A stretch of DNA of 64,000 bases from an uncultured Planctomycetota bacterium (GCA_963737655.1 CAVTTN010000002.1:6112001-6176000), one strand, 5' to 3'. Shown: positions 42,053 through 56,155, counted from the first letter of the stretch. Made by a program: numbers and translations. The notes: generated by a model from the letters alone, not told the origin.

Positions 42053-42522
42053 GGGCGTTCGAGCCTCTCGTGGAGCCGGGCCAGCCCGGCGGAATAGCGG
42101 CGGTGGGCGGTGGTCAGGGAACAGCCCTGGAGGCGGGCGATCTCCTCGAAGGTCAGCCCGCCCCAGAGCCTCGCCACGATCGCCTCGCGGCCCTCGGGGT
42201 CGAGGCCTTCGAGCATCTCCGAGGCGGTCCGGGCGTCGATCCGGTCGTCGGCCGAAGCGAAGAGGGTCTGGTCCGGGGAGGCCCTCGCCTCGCGCCTCCT
42301 CCTCCGCCGGTCCCCCCGGCTCGCGGCGATCGCCCCGTTGCGGACGACCCGGTAGAGCCAGGCGAGCGGACGGTCGGGCGTCGATCGCTGGGCGGCGAGC
42401 TTCACGAACGCCTCCTGGACGACGTCCTCCGGCGCGTCGGACCACTGGCGGGCATACAGGGCCAGCCCTCGGGCGTGGTCGTCGAACAGGCTTGCCAGCA
42501 GATCCGGCCCGATCCTCGCCAT
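42016..42522 (-). CDS. ECF sigma factor (canonical type)
   Basis: 'LALYARQW..PEDVVQEAF', 'WLYRVVRN', 'GLTFEEIA..TAHRRY'. Confidence 0.88.
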   Translation of the reverse strand: MARIGPDLLASLFDDHARGLALYARQWSDAPEDVVQEAFVKLAAQRSTPDRPLAWLYRVVRNGAIAASRGDRRRRRREARASPDQTLFASADDRIDARTASEMLEGLDPEGREAIVARLWGGLTFEEIARLQGCSLTTAHRRYSAGLARLHERLERPCPLTDLAPKGP

Positions 42523-42769
42523 CCCGAGCCCCCCGCGATCCCGGCCCGATCCGCCCCTCTATGCTCAAGGACGCCGCCGTCCGCCCGGTTTTCCGCTCTG
42601 GCCGGAAGAATTCCGAATATGAGGCATTCCGGAAGCGATCGCGCCCGGAACGCCATCAGGCGCTTGTTTTTTTCGCCCAACCATCCGATATTGTGAGGCT
42701 AACCCATCTTATTGTGGCGTTTCGTGCCAGGGCGCCCGAATCCGTTTGACTTTGCATAAGGGCAGGACT

Positions 42770-45700
42770 ATGAACGAGCCTATGCATAACTCCAACGGAG
42801 ATCCGGCGGGGGGTCGTCGCCGCCGCCGAGGGGCGGGCCTTCGCCCGGGGGCCGCCGCCCTCGAGCGGCTGGAAGACCGGCGGCTGATGGCCACCCTGTT
42901 CGTGAACAACACGGGCGACAGCGGCGCGGGGACCCTCCGCCAGGCGATCCTCGACGCCAACAGCGTGGGCGGGACCTCGACGATCGACTTCACGATCACC
43001 GGCTCGCCGGGCGTCCAGGTCATCGCCCTGGCCGGGCCGTTGCCGTCGATCACGGCGACGGTCCTGATCGACGGCTATAGCCAGGCCGGCTCCAGCATGA
43101 ACTCGCTGGCCGTCGGGGACAACGCCGTCCTCCAGGTCGAGCTGACCGAGGCGTCCAACTCGTCGCCGTTCATCCCCCTGACGCTGGACTCGGGCTCGAC
43201 GGTCCGGGGGCTGGTCATCGGCGGGTTCCCCGGCCAGGCGGCCATCGACGCGTTCGGCAGCGGCAACCTCATCGTCGGCAACTTCCTCGGCACCGACGCC
43301 TCGGGATCGACGTCCCTGGCCAACGGCACGGGCGTCCTGGTCGGCGGGCCGGCCAACACGATCGGAGGGGCCGACCCGTCGCTCCGCAACGTGATCTCGG
43401 GCAACTCGGGCATCGGGATCGACCTCCAGGGCAGCATGGCCACGGCCAACGTGGTCCAGGGCAACTACATCGGCACGGACCACACCGGCGCCGCCGCCCT
43501 GGCCAACGGCCAGCAGGGCGTGTTCGTCGAGCAATCCGCCTCGTCCAACACGATCGGCGGCTCGGTCTCGGGCGAGGGGAACGTGATCTCGGGCAACGGG
43601 TCCCAGGGCGTCTTCCTGTCCGGCCTGGCGGTCAGCGGCAACCTCGTCCAGGGCAATTACATCGGGCTGGACGCCTCGGCCTCGATCGCCGTGCCGAACG
43701 TGACCAACGGCGTCGAGAACGGCCTGGCCGACCATACCTCGATCGTCGGCAACATCATCTCGGGCAACTCGATCGGCGGGGTCACCTTCGACGGCCGGGG
43801 GACGGACCTGTCCGGGCTGATCCAGGGCAACCTGATCGGCACCAACGGGACCGGGACGGCCGCCGTGCCCAACCGCAACGACGGCGTGGACGTCCTCAGC
43901 GGGACCGTCGGCCTGACGATCGGCGGGACCGCCGCCGCCGCCCGCAACGTGATCTCCGGCAACGGCGGATTCGGCGTCTTCGTCACCGGCTCGGCGACCT
44001 CGGGCAACCTGATCGTCGGCAACTACATCGGCCTGAACGCTCCCGGCACCGCGGCCCTGGGCAACACGATCTCCGGCGTGGACCTCCAGGGGGGGACGAC
44101 CGGCATCACGATCGGCGGCACCTCCTCCGCGTCTCGCAACGTGATCTCCGGCAACGGTTCGGACGGCGTCCTGATCGACGGGATCTCCGGCGCCACGGGG
44201 TCCAACGTCGTCCTGGGCAATTACCTCGGGACGAACGCCTCGGGCTCGGCCGCCGTGGGCAACGTGGGCAACGGCGTGGAGATCGAGCAGGCGACGTCCA
44301 ACACGATCGGCGGGATGGCCGTCGGCTCGGGCAACGTGATCTCGGGCAACGGCGTGGGCGTGGCGATCAGCGGGGCGTCCTCCACGGGCAACCTCGTCCT
44401 GGGCAACCTGGTCGGCACCGACCCCACGGGCAAGGCGAAGCTCGCGAACACCAACGACGGCATCGACGTCGGCCTGAACGTCGGCTCCCTGACCATCGGC
44501 GGGACGGCCGCCTCCGCCCGCAACGTGATCTCCGGCAACGCCCAGAACGGGATCACCCTGAACTCGGGCCCGGGGGTCGCGATCCTCGGCAATTACGTCG
44601 GCACCGACATCTCCGGGACGATCGGCCTGGGCAACGCGGCCCACGGCATCCGCGGCGCCTCCGCCACGAACCTGACGATCGGCGGGACGGCCTCCGGCGC
44701 CGGCAACGTGATCTCGGGCAACGGCGGCGACGGGATCATGCTGCAGGGCGGGGGGACGAATCTCGTCCAGGGGAACCTGATCGGCCTCGGGTCCGACGGC
44801 GCCTCGCGGGTCGGCAACGCCAATGACGGCATCGCGCTGGTCCTGAGCACGACGGCCGGCACCATCGGCGGGACCTCGGCGGCGGCCCGCAACATCATCT
44901 CGGCCAATGTTTACGGCGTGTCCGCCCTGGACGTCCAGGGGGCGGCGATCCAGGGCAACTACATCGGCACCGACCGGGCCGGAGCCGCCTTCCTCGGCAA
45001 CACCTCCGGCGGCCTCCTCTTCACCGACTCGGCGAACAACACCCTCGGCGGGACGGCCTCCGGCGCCGGCAACCTGATCTCGGCGAACCTCGGCCACGGG
45101 GCGGACTTCACCGGGACGGGCACGACCGGCAACCTGATCGCCGGCAACCAGATCGGCACCGATGCCAACGGCGGGAGCCTGGGCAACTCGGGCGACGGCA
45201 TCTTGTTCCAGGCCGGCGCGTCGAGCAACATCGTCGGCGGGACGACCTCGGGCGTCTCGAACGTGATCGCCTTCAACGCCCTCTCCGGCGTGGTCGTCCA
45301 GGACAGCAATTCCGTCGGCGACGCGATCCTGTCGAACTCGATCTTCTCCAACGTGTCGCTCGGGATCGACCTCGGCGGCGACGGCCCGACGGCGAACTCC
45401 CCGGGCGGGCCCCACGTCGGCCCCAACGACCTCCAGAACTTCCCGCTCGTGAACATCGCGAGCGTGAACCAGACCGGCACGACGATCATCGGGACGCTCG
45501 ACAGCACGCCCAACACGACGTTCCTGATCCAGTTCTTCTCCGACACCGGCGGCCCGTCGGGCTTCTCCCAGGGGGGCACGTTCTACGGCCAGACGACCGT
45601 GACCACCAACCCCTCGGGCCGCGTCACGTTCTCCGCCAGCGTCCCGCCGATCGCCCAGGGGGCGGCGCTGACGGCCACGGCCACGAGCCCGACCGGCGAC

Positions 45701-48700
45701 ACCTCCGAGTTCTCCCAGAGCACGGTGGTGGTGAACACGAACAACAGCGGGTTCGGCTCGCTCCGCCAGGCGATCACCGACGCGAACCTCTACCCCGACA
45801 TCCCTCCGACGATCTCGTTCCAGATCCTCACCCCCGGCGTCCAGACGATCGCCCCGATCACCCCCCTGCCCGCCCTGACCGTCCCCCTCCTGCTCGACGG
45901 CTATTCGCAGCCCGGCTCCAGCATGAACTCGCTGGCCGTGGGCGAGAACGCCGCGATCCTGGTCGAGATCTCGGGCCGGTCGATCGCCACGTCCCCCGCA
46001 TACGGCCTGGACATCGAGGGCCCCGGCGTGTCGATCCGGGGCGTGGCGATCGACGGGTTCAACGGCAGCGGCATCCTCGCGCAGAACGTTGGCGGGTTCC
46101 AGGTCTCGGGCAGCTACCTCGGCGTGGGGCCATCGGGGACCGCCTCGGTCCCGGGCAACTCGCTCGACGGGATCACCCTGATCGGCACCAACGGGGGGAC
46201 CGTCGGCGGACTGACCCCGGCCGACCGCAACGTGATCTCGGGCAACACCCGAGAGGGCGTCCTGGTCCTCAGCGGGCTGTCCCCCGCCACGGGTGCCCTG
46301 ATCGCTAACAACTACATCGGGACGGACTCCTCGGGCACCGTCCCGGTGGCCAATTCGGCCGGCGGCGTGGCGATCTCGCTCGGCAACGCGATCACGATCG
46401 GAGGGGCGACGATCCCGGCCCGCAACGTGATCTCGGGGAACGTCGGGATCGGCCTCCAGGTCGCCGCCGGGAGCGTCGGGACGGTCATCCAGGGGAACTT
46501 CATCGGCACGGACGCCTTCGGGTCGGCCGCCGTGGCCAACTCCGTCGGCGCCGAGGTCGACGCCGCCGGGACGACGATCGGCGGGGCCTCCCCCGAGGGC
46601 TTCGGCACGTCCCCGGGCAACGTGATCGCCGGCAATTCGTCGCTGGACCTCTCCGTCCCCGGCACCACCGTCTCGGGCCTGGTGATCCAGGGGAACATCT
46701 TCTCCGCCGACGTGAGCGGGACGACCGTGCTGTCTCCCGGGACCAACTCCGACAGCGTGTTCCTCGGCAATTCGATCTCGGCGATCACCACGATCGGCGG
46801 GACGGCCGCCGGCGCCGGCAACCTGGTCGGCCACGGCCTGACCCTGAACGGCTCCGGCTTCCTCCTCCAGGGCAATTTCATCGGCACCAACGCGGCGGGC
46901 ACCGGCACGCTCGTCGGCGGCCAGAACGTCCAGGACATCCACGAGCTGGCCACCCACGTGACCATCGGCGGGACCGCCCCAGGCTCCGGCAACCTGATCT
47001 CGGGGTCCGCCACGTCCGGCATCTACATCGGCACCGGCGTCGGGAACGGAACGAACTCCGACGTCTTGATCCAGGGAAACAAGATCGGCACCGACGTCTC
47101 GGGGACGGCCGCGATCCCCAACTTCGACGGGATCTATGCGCAGACGAACCTCGGCGTGACGATCGGCGGGACCTCGGCCGCGGCGCGGAATATCATCTCG
47201 GGGAACGCCGATGGCGGCGTGGCCCTCGGGGACATCGATGACGTCGTCCTGGGCAACTACATCGGCACGGACACGACCGGCTCCACGGCCCTGCCCAACG
47301 GGGCGGGCCTGTTCATGTTCGGGTCCGAGAGCGGCCTGATCCTGGGCGGGACGACCGCCGGGGCCGGCAACGTGATCTCGGGCAACTCGTCGTACAACGC
47401 CCTTTTGACCCGGGGCGGCAACCTCGTCCAGGGAAACATCTTCGGCCTCGACGCGACCGGGATGAACGTCGTGGCCAACGGCGGCCCCGGCCTCCGCCTC
47501 TTCGACTCCGGCGGAGGCCAGCCGGGCGGTGACACCGTCGGCGGGACGACCGCCTCCGCCCGGAACCTCGTCTCCGGCAACACCGGTAGCGGGATCGAGG
47601 TCAACGGCTCGAACGCCGTGATCCTCGGCAATTACGTCGGCCTGAACCTCGCCGGGCAGGCGGCCGGGAACACCGGGGCCGGCATCGCGATCCTCGGCGG
47701 GACCAGCAACACGATCGGCGGGACCGCCTCGGGCTCCGCCAACGTGATCTCGGCCAACGACGGCGACGGCGTGGCCCTGTCCGCCGCCGCCGACAACAAC
47801 GTGATCTCCGGCGACCTGATCGGCACCGACCCCTCGGGCACCTCGGCCCTGGGCAACTCGGGATCGGGCGTGACCATCGCCGACTCGTCGTTCAACATCG
47901 TCGGCGGTCTGACGGCCGCCGAGCGGAACATCATCTCGGGCAACGGCGACGGCGGCTCGACCCACGGCAATGGCGTCCAGATCACCGGCTCGAACGCCGT
48001 GGGCAACGCCGTCCTGGGCGACTACATCGGCACCGACTCGACCGGCGGGGTCGCCCTGGGCAACTCGCTCGCCGGGGTCGTGCTCGCCTCGGGGGCCACG
48101 AACTCCACCATCGGCTTCAACGTGATCTCGGGCAACGCCGCCGACGGCGTGGTCGTCCAGGACAGCACGTCCACCACGAACTTCATCCTCGGCAACGAGA
48201 TCGGCACGAATTCGACCGGGACGGCCTCGCTGGGCAACGGCGGTTCGGGCATCCTCCTGGACGGGGCGGCCCAGGTCACCGTCGGCGGGACCGTCTCCGG
48301 CTCCGCCAACGTGATCTCGGGCAACTCCGCCAACGGCATCACCCTGGCGATGGTCAACGCGACGTCGGCCCCCGGCGCGGACCTGATCGCGGGCAACCTC
48401 ATCGGCACGGACGCCTCCGGGACTCAGCCCCTGGGCAACTTCGGCAACGGCATCCTCCTGGCCGACGGCGCCTTCAACGTGACCATCGGCGGGACCTCGG
48501 CCGGGGCCCGCAACATCATCTCGGGCAACCTCACCAACGGCATCGGCCTCCAGGGCGTCGGCACGTCCAATAACCTGATCGTCGGCAACTACGTCGGCAC
48601 CGACCTGACCGGCTCCTCGGCCCTGGGCAACGGCGATCCCACCAACCAATCCGGCACCGGGATCATCGACGGCGCCGGGCCGGGCAATACGATCGGCGGC

Positions 48701-51700
48701 ACCATCGCCGGCGCCGGCAACGTGATCTCGGGCAACGTCCTGGACGGCATCGACCTCCTCGGCGCCTCGGGCGAGCTGATCGTGGGCAACCGGATCGGGA
48801 CCGACGCCACCGGGACGTTCGCTTTGAGCACCAGCGGCGCGTCCGGGATCATCCTGACCGACCTCGGCTCGCCCGGCACCGGCTCGAACAACAACACCAT
48901 CGGCGGCGCCTCGCCCGGCTTCGGCAACCTGATCTCGGGCAACGGGCCGAGCGATTTCGGGATCGACATCGACGGCACCGAATCGACGGGCAACCTGATC
49001 CTGGGCAACACGATCGGCGCCAACGCCGCCGTGACCGCCGCCCTGGGCAACGGCAACGGGGTGGGATTGACCAACGGCGCGGCGGGCAACACCGTCGGCG
49101 GGACGGCCTCCGGGTCGGCCAACATCCTTTCGGGCAACATCAACTCCAACGTCCTCCTGGATGCCTCCGGGCCGAACCTGGTGGTCGGCAACCTGATCGG
49201 CTCGAACGCGACGGGGACCGCGCCCTGGATTCGACCGTCACGACCACCGCCGGCATCTTCCTCGACAATGGCTCGCAGGGCGTGACGATCGGCGGGACCG
49301 CCCCCGGCTCGGGCAACCTGATCCTGGGCAACGCCGGCCACGGCATCCTGATCCAGGGCCACAGCTCCGGCAACGGCACGCCGACCAGCGGCATCCTCGT
49401 CGAGGGGAACGTGATCGGGTCGAACCAGATCGGCTCGAAGACCCCGGGCGGCTTTTCTGGCAACGGCAACTCGGGCGTGGCGATCGCCGCCGGGGCCTCT
49501 AACAACACGATCGGCGGCTCGATCTCGGCGGCGGCCAACACGATCAACGGCAACTCCGCCGACGGCGTGAGCCTCCAGGACCCCGGCACCACGGGCAACC
49601 TGATCGCCGGAAACCTGATCGGCGTCGATCGCTCCGGGACGATGGGGATCGGCAACGTCGGCAACGGCGTGAGCGTCTTGAACGGCGCCAGCAACAACAC
49701 GATCGGCGGCCCCTCGGCCGCGTTCGGCAACACGATCGCCTTCAACTCTCTGGCGGGCGTGGCGGTCACGGGCAGCACCACCACCGGGATCTCGATCCAG
49801 TCCAATTCGATCTACTCGAACAATCGGCTGGGGATCGACCTCGGCGGGACGGGCTCGCCGTCGCCGAACCCGTCCAACGGGGCCCCGGGCTTCCCGACGA
49901 TCTCGGCGGTGGCCACGGTCAGCGGCTCGACCACGATCAGCGGGAGCCTCCGGGGCACGTCGGGCCAGACCTACACCGTCCAGTTCTTCGCGAACAAGGC
50001 GGCGGACCCCTCCGGATTCGGCCAGGGGCAGCAATTCCTCGGTCAGGCGTTCGTGACGGTCCCGAGCTCGGGGATCGGGACGTTCGTGGGGGCCCTGAGC
50101 ACGCCGATGCTCGTCGGCTCGTTCTTCACCGCGACGGCCGACCTCTCCGGGAGCACCTCGGAGTTCGCCGCGGCGGCCTCCCCGCCGATGATCCTCACGC
50201 CGTTCATCGTCACCCGGACCGACGACGGCGCGTTCGTCCCCGGCGGCCTCACGCTCCGCCAGGCGATCCAGATGGTCAACGCCAACACCCTGCCCGGGAC
50301 GCCCACGATCGGCTTCGCCATCGCCGGGGGCAACCAGGTGATCCGGCCCACGTCCCCCCTGCCTGTGATCCTCAACGCCGTGGACATCGACGGGTCCGCG
50401 CCCTCGCAGTTCCCCACCCAGACGATCACGCTCGACGGCTCGCAGGACGTCGGCGACAACGGCCTGACGTTCGTCGCCGGCGGCAACACGCTCTCGGGCC
50501 TGGCGATCGTGAACTACCATCGCGACCCGACCGTGGCGGCCACCAATAGCGGGGTCGTCCAGGGCGTGGGCGTCTTCTTGCAGGGCGGCAACACCCTGAT
50601 CCAGGGAGACTACATCGGCACCGACCGGCTCGGCACCTCCAACGAGGGGAACGAGCTGGCGGGCCTCCTCGTGTTCTCGTCGGGGAACACGATCGGAGGG
50701 ACGACGCGGGCGGCCCATAACGTGATCTCGGGCAACGGCTTCCTCCGCATCCCCAATCCCAGCCTTCCCGGCAGCGGGTTCGGCCTGGACCTCCCCTCCT
50801 CGGGCTCGACGAACAATCTCGTCATCGGCAACTTCATCGGGACGACGCCCGACGGCGAGTCCATCCTGACCAACGCGGCCGGCGGCGTGGCCGTGGAGAA
50901 CGCGACGGGCAACACGATCGGGGCGGCCCTCGGCACCGATGCGCAGGGCTTCTCGCTCGGGGCCAACCTGATCTCCGCCAACGGCGGGCCCGGCATCCTC
51001 CTGTCGAATTCCGCCACGCTCGTCCAGGGGAACCTGATCGGCACCGACGCCGCCGGCACCATGCCGCTCGGCAATCAGCTCCAGGGGATCTCGATCGCCC
51101 CGGACGACCTCGGATCGACCATCGGAGGGGCCGGCGCCGGCCAGGGGAACCGGATCGCCTTCAACGGCGACGGCGGGACCGTCTCGGGCACCGGCGCCGG
51201 GATCGGCGAGTACTTCTCCTCGCCTTCGGGCACGATCTCCTCGGCCGGCGCCTCGGCGATCATCCGGGGCAACCTGATCTACGGCAACGCCAACCTCGGG
51301 ATCGACCTGGCCAACGTCGGAGTGACCGCCAACCGGCCTCCCACGACGGTCACCGACCCCAACCGCTTCCCGAATTACCCCGTGCTGACCTCCGCCACGG
51401 TCTCCGGCGGCAACCTGATCGTCACCGGCACCTTCGACGGCACCGAGAGCACGCCCACCACGCTCGACTTCTTCACCAACGACGCGGCCGACCCCTCCGG
51501 CTTCGGCGAGGGGCAGTTCTATCGGGGGTCGATCACCTTCACGACCGACGCGAACGGCCATGCCGCCTTCACCGCGACGCTCTCCGGGACGATCGGCGCG
51601 AGCCAGGTCATCACGGCCACGGCGACGAGCTTCGCGACGTCCGAATTCAGCCAGGCGATCCCGCTCTCGACCGTCCCCCCGCCTCCGCCCCCGCCCCCGC

Positions 51701-54094
51701 CGATGTTCTCGCTCTCGCTGGCCGGCTCGCCCGAGCCGGTCGGGGTGGCCGACCTCGTCACCTACACGCTGACGGTCACCAACGTCGGCGAGGTCGCCGA
51801 GGACGTGGTCCTCGAAGAGGCGTTGCCGGTCGGGCTCGACCCGATCTCGCAAAACGGGATCGTCAATCCGCCGCCGGCCGGCTCGTCCGCCTTCTATCAG
51901 GTCGATGTCGGCGTGGTCCAGCCCGGCCAGAGCCAGACGCTGGTCGTCCAGGCGAGGCCGACCGTCGCCGGCACCTTGACCGTCTTCGCCGACGCCCGGA
52001 TCGGCACGACCGGCACGCCCACGATCGTCTCCACGTCGTTCGCGACGCACTCCATCTTCACCTTCAACGTCCTGAACAACAACGACAGCGGCTTCGGATC
52101 GCTCCGCCAGGCGATCCTCAACGCGGACGCCTCCGGGACGGCGCAGGCCATCCATTTCCAGCTCCCCTCGAACCAGCTCACCATCCAGCCGGTCACCGCC
52201 CTGCCGGAAATCACCGTGCCGATCGTGATCGACGCGACTTCCCAGGCCGGCTTCGCCGGGTCGCCCATCGTCACGCTCGACGGCTCTCAGCACGGCGCCG
52301 CCTCCCCGTTCCACGGCCTGGTGATCGACGCCGGCGCCTCGACGATCCGCGGCCTGACCATCGAGAACTTCCCCGACGACGGCATCCTCCTGAAGGGCGC
52401 GGGGGATTCCACGATCGTCGGCGACGCGATCCTCTCCAACGGCGACACCGGCGTGTTCCTCCAGGGGTCCGTCGGCAACACGATCGGCGGGACGGCCTCG
52501 GCGGATCGCAACGTGATCTCCGGGAACGCGTTCGTGGGGGTTCAGATCTCCTCCGGGTCGTCGTACAACCTGGTCCAGGGGAACTTCATCGGCCTGGATT
52601 CGACCGGCATGAAGCCCAAGGGGAACGGGCTGGACGGCGTGCTCATCAGCGCCTCGTCGAACAACACGATCGGCGGGGGGTCCCGGCGCCGGCAACGTGA
52701 TCTCGGCCAACGGCGAGGTGAACGTCCAGATCTTCCAGGGTTCGGCCTCGGGGAACGTGGTCCAGGGGAACATCATCGGGCTGGACGCGACCGGCGAGGA
52801 CGGCTTCTTCAGCGTCGCGGCGGCCTCTCGGGGCGAGAGCGACGTGGGCGTGTTCGTCAACGGGGCGCCCGGCAACTTCATCGGCGGCCCCGCGACCGGC
52901 CAGGGGAACCTCGTCTCGGGCAACGCGGCCGGGATCGAGATCTACGACTCGGGGGCGACCGGCAACCTCGTCGTCGGCAACCACGTCGGGCTGGACCAGG
53001 CCGGGACCAAGGCGATCGCCAACTCGATCGGCGTCCTCCTCTTCGGCGCCCCGGGCAACACGGTCGGCGGGACCGACCCCGGCTCGGCCAACGTGATCTC
53101 GGGCAACTCGCAGGTCGGCGTGAGGCTCGACGGCTCCGGCGCGACGAGGAACGTGGTCCTCGGCAACCTGATCGGCCTGGACCCCTCGGGCACGACGGTC
53201 GTCCGCAACCTGCTCTCGGGGATCTTCCTCAACGCGGCGCCGGGCAACACGATCGGTCCGGGCAACCGGGTCGTCGGCAGCGGGGTCTCGGGCCTCCAGA
53301 TCTCGACGCCCGGGTCCTCGGGGAACCTCGTGATCGGCAACGTCCTGGGCGTCACGGCCGACGGGACGACCCGGGGCAACGGGACGGTGGGGATCTTCCT
53401 CGACAACGTCCCGGGGACCACGATCGGGGGCCTCGGCGCCGGGCTCGGCAACCTGATCGCCGGGAACGCGGAGGTCGGCATCGAGGTCCTGGGCTCGTCG
53501 GCCACGGGCAATCTGCTCCAGGGCAACACGGTCCGGGGCAACGGCGTGGCGGGGATCGCCGTCGATACCTTCGGCGCCAACACGATCCCCCTGACCGGCA
53601 CCGGGGCGAACCTGGTGACGGGCAGCCCGGAGACGGTCCGCTACGTCCAGCCGGTGGGGCCGCAGGTCTCGGGGATGAGCGTCGGCGGAAGCTCGTCGAT
53701 CGCGACGCTCTCCCTGACGTTCAACGTACCCATGAACGCCAAGCGCGCCGGCAACCGCCGGGGCTATCGCGTGGACATCCTCAACGCCAAGGGGAAGAAG
53801 ATCGGGTCGGTGGCGATCGCCTCGGTCTCCTACGACGAGACGACCCGGACCGCGACGATCAGACTGGCGAAGGCGGTCTCGGCCTCCGGCTCGTACCGGA
53901 TCACCGCGTTCGGCACCGGCCCCCACGCGCTCCTGGACGACTCCGGCCGACGGCTCGACGGCCAGGCCAACGGCAGCTCGGGCAGCGATTACGTCGCCGG
54001 ATTCGGATCGCCGACGGCCCGCGCCGCGATCGCCCACCGCGCCATCCCCCGGGCCCGCCACTGGGCGAAACGGCTCGCGGTCAAGCGGAGGTGA
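42770..54094 (+). CDS. Giant (~3,770 aa) extracellular right-handed beta-helix repeat protein with a DUF11-like Ig domain; frameshifts near 49225 and 52680
   Basis: 'LERLEDRRLMA' export motif; four 'G.LRQAI' modules; dozens of 'TIGGT...RNVISGN..G..QGNYIGTD' repeats; 'GDTSEFS' Ig ends; 'VTYTLTVTN'. Confidence 0.85.
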
Positions 54095-54154
54095 GGTCGG
54101 GGGGCGTCCCTCGCGCCTGCGAGATCCGCGGCGGAAGCCCCCCGTCCGATCGTT

Positions 54155-55198
54155 TCAATAGGCGTCTCCGCCGACGATCTCCCCCCCGGCGACGGTCCCC
54201 AGCGCCCTCCAGACGGTCCCCTGGATCGACGACTTGACGAACCTCACCGAACCGTCTCCGAGGAGGGCGTTGACGCCTCCCGGGTGGTAACTCCGGGCGG
54301 TGATCGCGGCGAAGGTGGGGCCGCCGTCCTCCTCGTTCTTGCCGTTGAGGTCCAGGTCCATCCCCTTGTAGGAGGACCGGCCGAGGATCCGCTTGTTCGG
54401 CGGCCAGGCCGTGGTGAAGCCGGCGGCGTGGGCGTGGCCGTCGGCCCATTCGGTGTGGAACTCGTGCTGGTTCTGGGTCACGCACGCGCCGTCGTCGTAC
54501 TCCGGGGCCACGGTGAACGGGTCGGCGTCGGGGTCGGGGATCAGGTTCGGATTGTTCACCGAGGGCAAGGGGGTGTGCCGGCAGTTGGAGGCGGCCTGGT
54601 AGGTCGTCACCTCCGCCGCCACGACCGTCTGGCTCAACCCATCGACGAATTCCGAGAGCCTGCGGCTCCGGTTGGGACCGAACGCCTGGCGGTTCTCCGG
54701 CCCGTTGAACCCTCCCCAGACGAACCAGTCTCCCTGACAGAAGCCGTAATTGACCACGCCCAACGCGCCATAATCGTGCTGGGAGATCTTCGTGTTCACC
54801 TCGCTCGGGCAGAGGAACACGTTGACGTTCAGCGCGATGACCGTGGCGTTCGGCGGGTCTTCCTTGAAGACCTGCAAGTTCGCGGCGTTGAACAGGACGT
54901 TGCCCTCGACGAACGGCAGGATGCGGGCCTGGGCGCTCCATCCGGTGTTGAAGACGACCGAATTGCCGGTCCCGGAAAGGGCCATCGCCATCGGCAACGC
55001 GCCGGCGACCGCCTCGTAATTGGCCAGCGCCAGGCCGATCTGCTTGAGGTTGTTCGTGCACTGGGCCCGCCGGGCCGCCTCCCTCGCCGCCTGGACGGCC
55101 GGCAGGAGCAGCGCCACCAGGACGCCGATGATCGCGATCACGACCAGGAGCTCGATCAGCGTGAAGCCGCGACGGGCCGTCGGGTGGGAGGTCGCCAT
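54155..55198 (-). CDS. DUF1559 prepilin-type N-terminal cleavage/methylation protein
   Basis: '[47 protein letters not shown]'; '[18 protein letters not shown]'. Confidence 0.95.
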   Translation of the reverse strand: MATSHPTARRGFTLIELLVVIAIIGVLVALLLPAVQAAREAARRAQCTNNLKQIGLALANYEAVAGALPMAMALSGTGNSVVFNTGWSAQARILPFVEGNVLFNAANLQVFKEDPPNATVIALNVNVFLCPSEVNTKISQHDYGALGVVNYGFCQGDWFVWGGFNGPENRQAFGPNRSRRLSEFVDGLSQTVVAAEVTTYQAASNCRHTPLPSVNNPNLIPDPDADPFTVAPEYDDGACVTQNQHEFHTEWADGHAHAAGFTTAWPPNKRILGRSSYKGMDLDLNGKNEEDGGPTFAAITARSYHPGGVNALLGDGSVRFVKSSIQGTVWRALGTVAGGEIVGGDAY

Positions 55199-55343
55199 GA
55201 GGAAGGCTCACGCGAGGGGTCGACGGCCGAGGGGACGCCGGGCGGGCCGTCGCTCGGCCCCGAGGGCCCGCCATCTCCGAAAGAATACGAAGACGGCGCG
55301 GCGGCGGTCAAGCCGAATTCTTTAGGATTTCCGGCCGCTGGCG

Positions 55344-55595
55344 TCAGCGCTCGATGCGGATGAGCACCCGTCCGTCGTGGACGGCGATATCGACGTCGCG
55401 GAGGCCGTGGGCCGGCAGGGTGACCTCGAAGTAGAGATAATCCTCGTCTTCCCACCGGGCGAGGCGGGAGTCGTCGGGATTGGCCTCGGTGTCTCCCCGG
55501 CCGGCGGCATCCAGGGACGAGAGGAGCCGCGCTAGGAGCGATCGCGCCGAGCAGGGACCGTCCTCGAGACCAGCGGGATCGTGGGCAGGTTGCAT
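55344..55595 (-). CDS. Small hypothetical protein resembling half of an Hsp20/alpha-crystallin domain
   Basis: AAGG RBS; 'EDEDYLYFEVTLP..DVDIAVHDGRVLIR'. Confidence 0.5.
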   Translation of the reverse strand: MQPAHDPAGLEDGPCSARSLLARLLSSLDAAGRGDTEANPDDSRLARWEDEDYLYFEVTLPAHGLRDVDIAVHDGRVLIRIER

Positions 55596-55600
55596 CGATT

Positions 55601-56155
55601 TTACCTTCTTCGAGGAGTCACCGGTCGAGGGCGCCGGTCGTCGCCACGTCGCGACGGGGGGCCGGGCGCGGCCGTGATGAGAGGACTGGGAGGCTGGGAC
55701 GGATCGGCGGACTGCGGCATGTCGGCGCGGGGGACGATGTCCCGGAGGACTTCGATCCAACGATCGCCGAGCTCGGCTTTAGTCACGAAACCCGAAGCCC
55801 CCGCGCCGAGGGCGGCGGTCCGGTATTCTTCAGCGTCCTGGATCGAGACGATCACCACAAGGGGAGAGTCGTCCCGGGCGGCGAGGCGGCGGGTGGCCTC
55901 CAGGCCCCCCATCTCGGGCATGTGGAGGTCCATCAGGACGAGGTCCGGGCGGAGGGCCTCGACCATCCCCAGGGCCTCCCGCCCCGAGGACGCCGAGCCG
56001 ACGAATTCCGTCCCGCCCGAGGCCTCCAGGAGCCGCCGGGCCGCGGCGAGGAACGTCGGGCTATCGTCGGCCAGGAGGACCCGGAGCCGGACCGGCGGCC
56101 GGGTCGCCAGGGCCGAGAGATCGCCGTCCGATTCGGGGGTGGTCTGGAAGTTCAC
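55601..56155 (-). CDS. Stand-alone receiver-domain response regulator
   Basis: 'VLLADD', 'PDLVLMDLHMPEMGG', 'GASGFVTK'; the C-terminal tail is uncertain. Confidence 0.82.
   Translation of the reverse strand: MNFQTTPESDGDLSALATRPPVRLRVLLADDSPTFLAAARRLLEASGGTEFVGSASSGREALGMVEALRPDLVLMDLHMPEMGGLEATRRLAARDDSPLVVIVSIQDAEEYRTAALGAGASGFVTKAELGDRWIEVLRDIVPRADMPQSADPSQPPSPLITAAPGPPSRRGDDRRPRPVTPRRR

Noticed and set aside
42656..54061. Very long minus-strand ORFs (42656-48649, 48589-52923, 52646-54061)
   Set aside because: Antisense shadows of the high-GC beta-helix gene; no domain motifs
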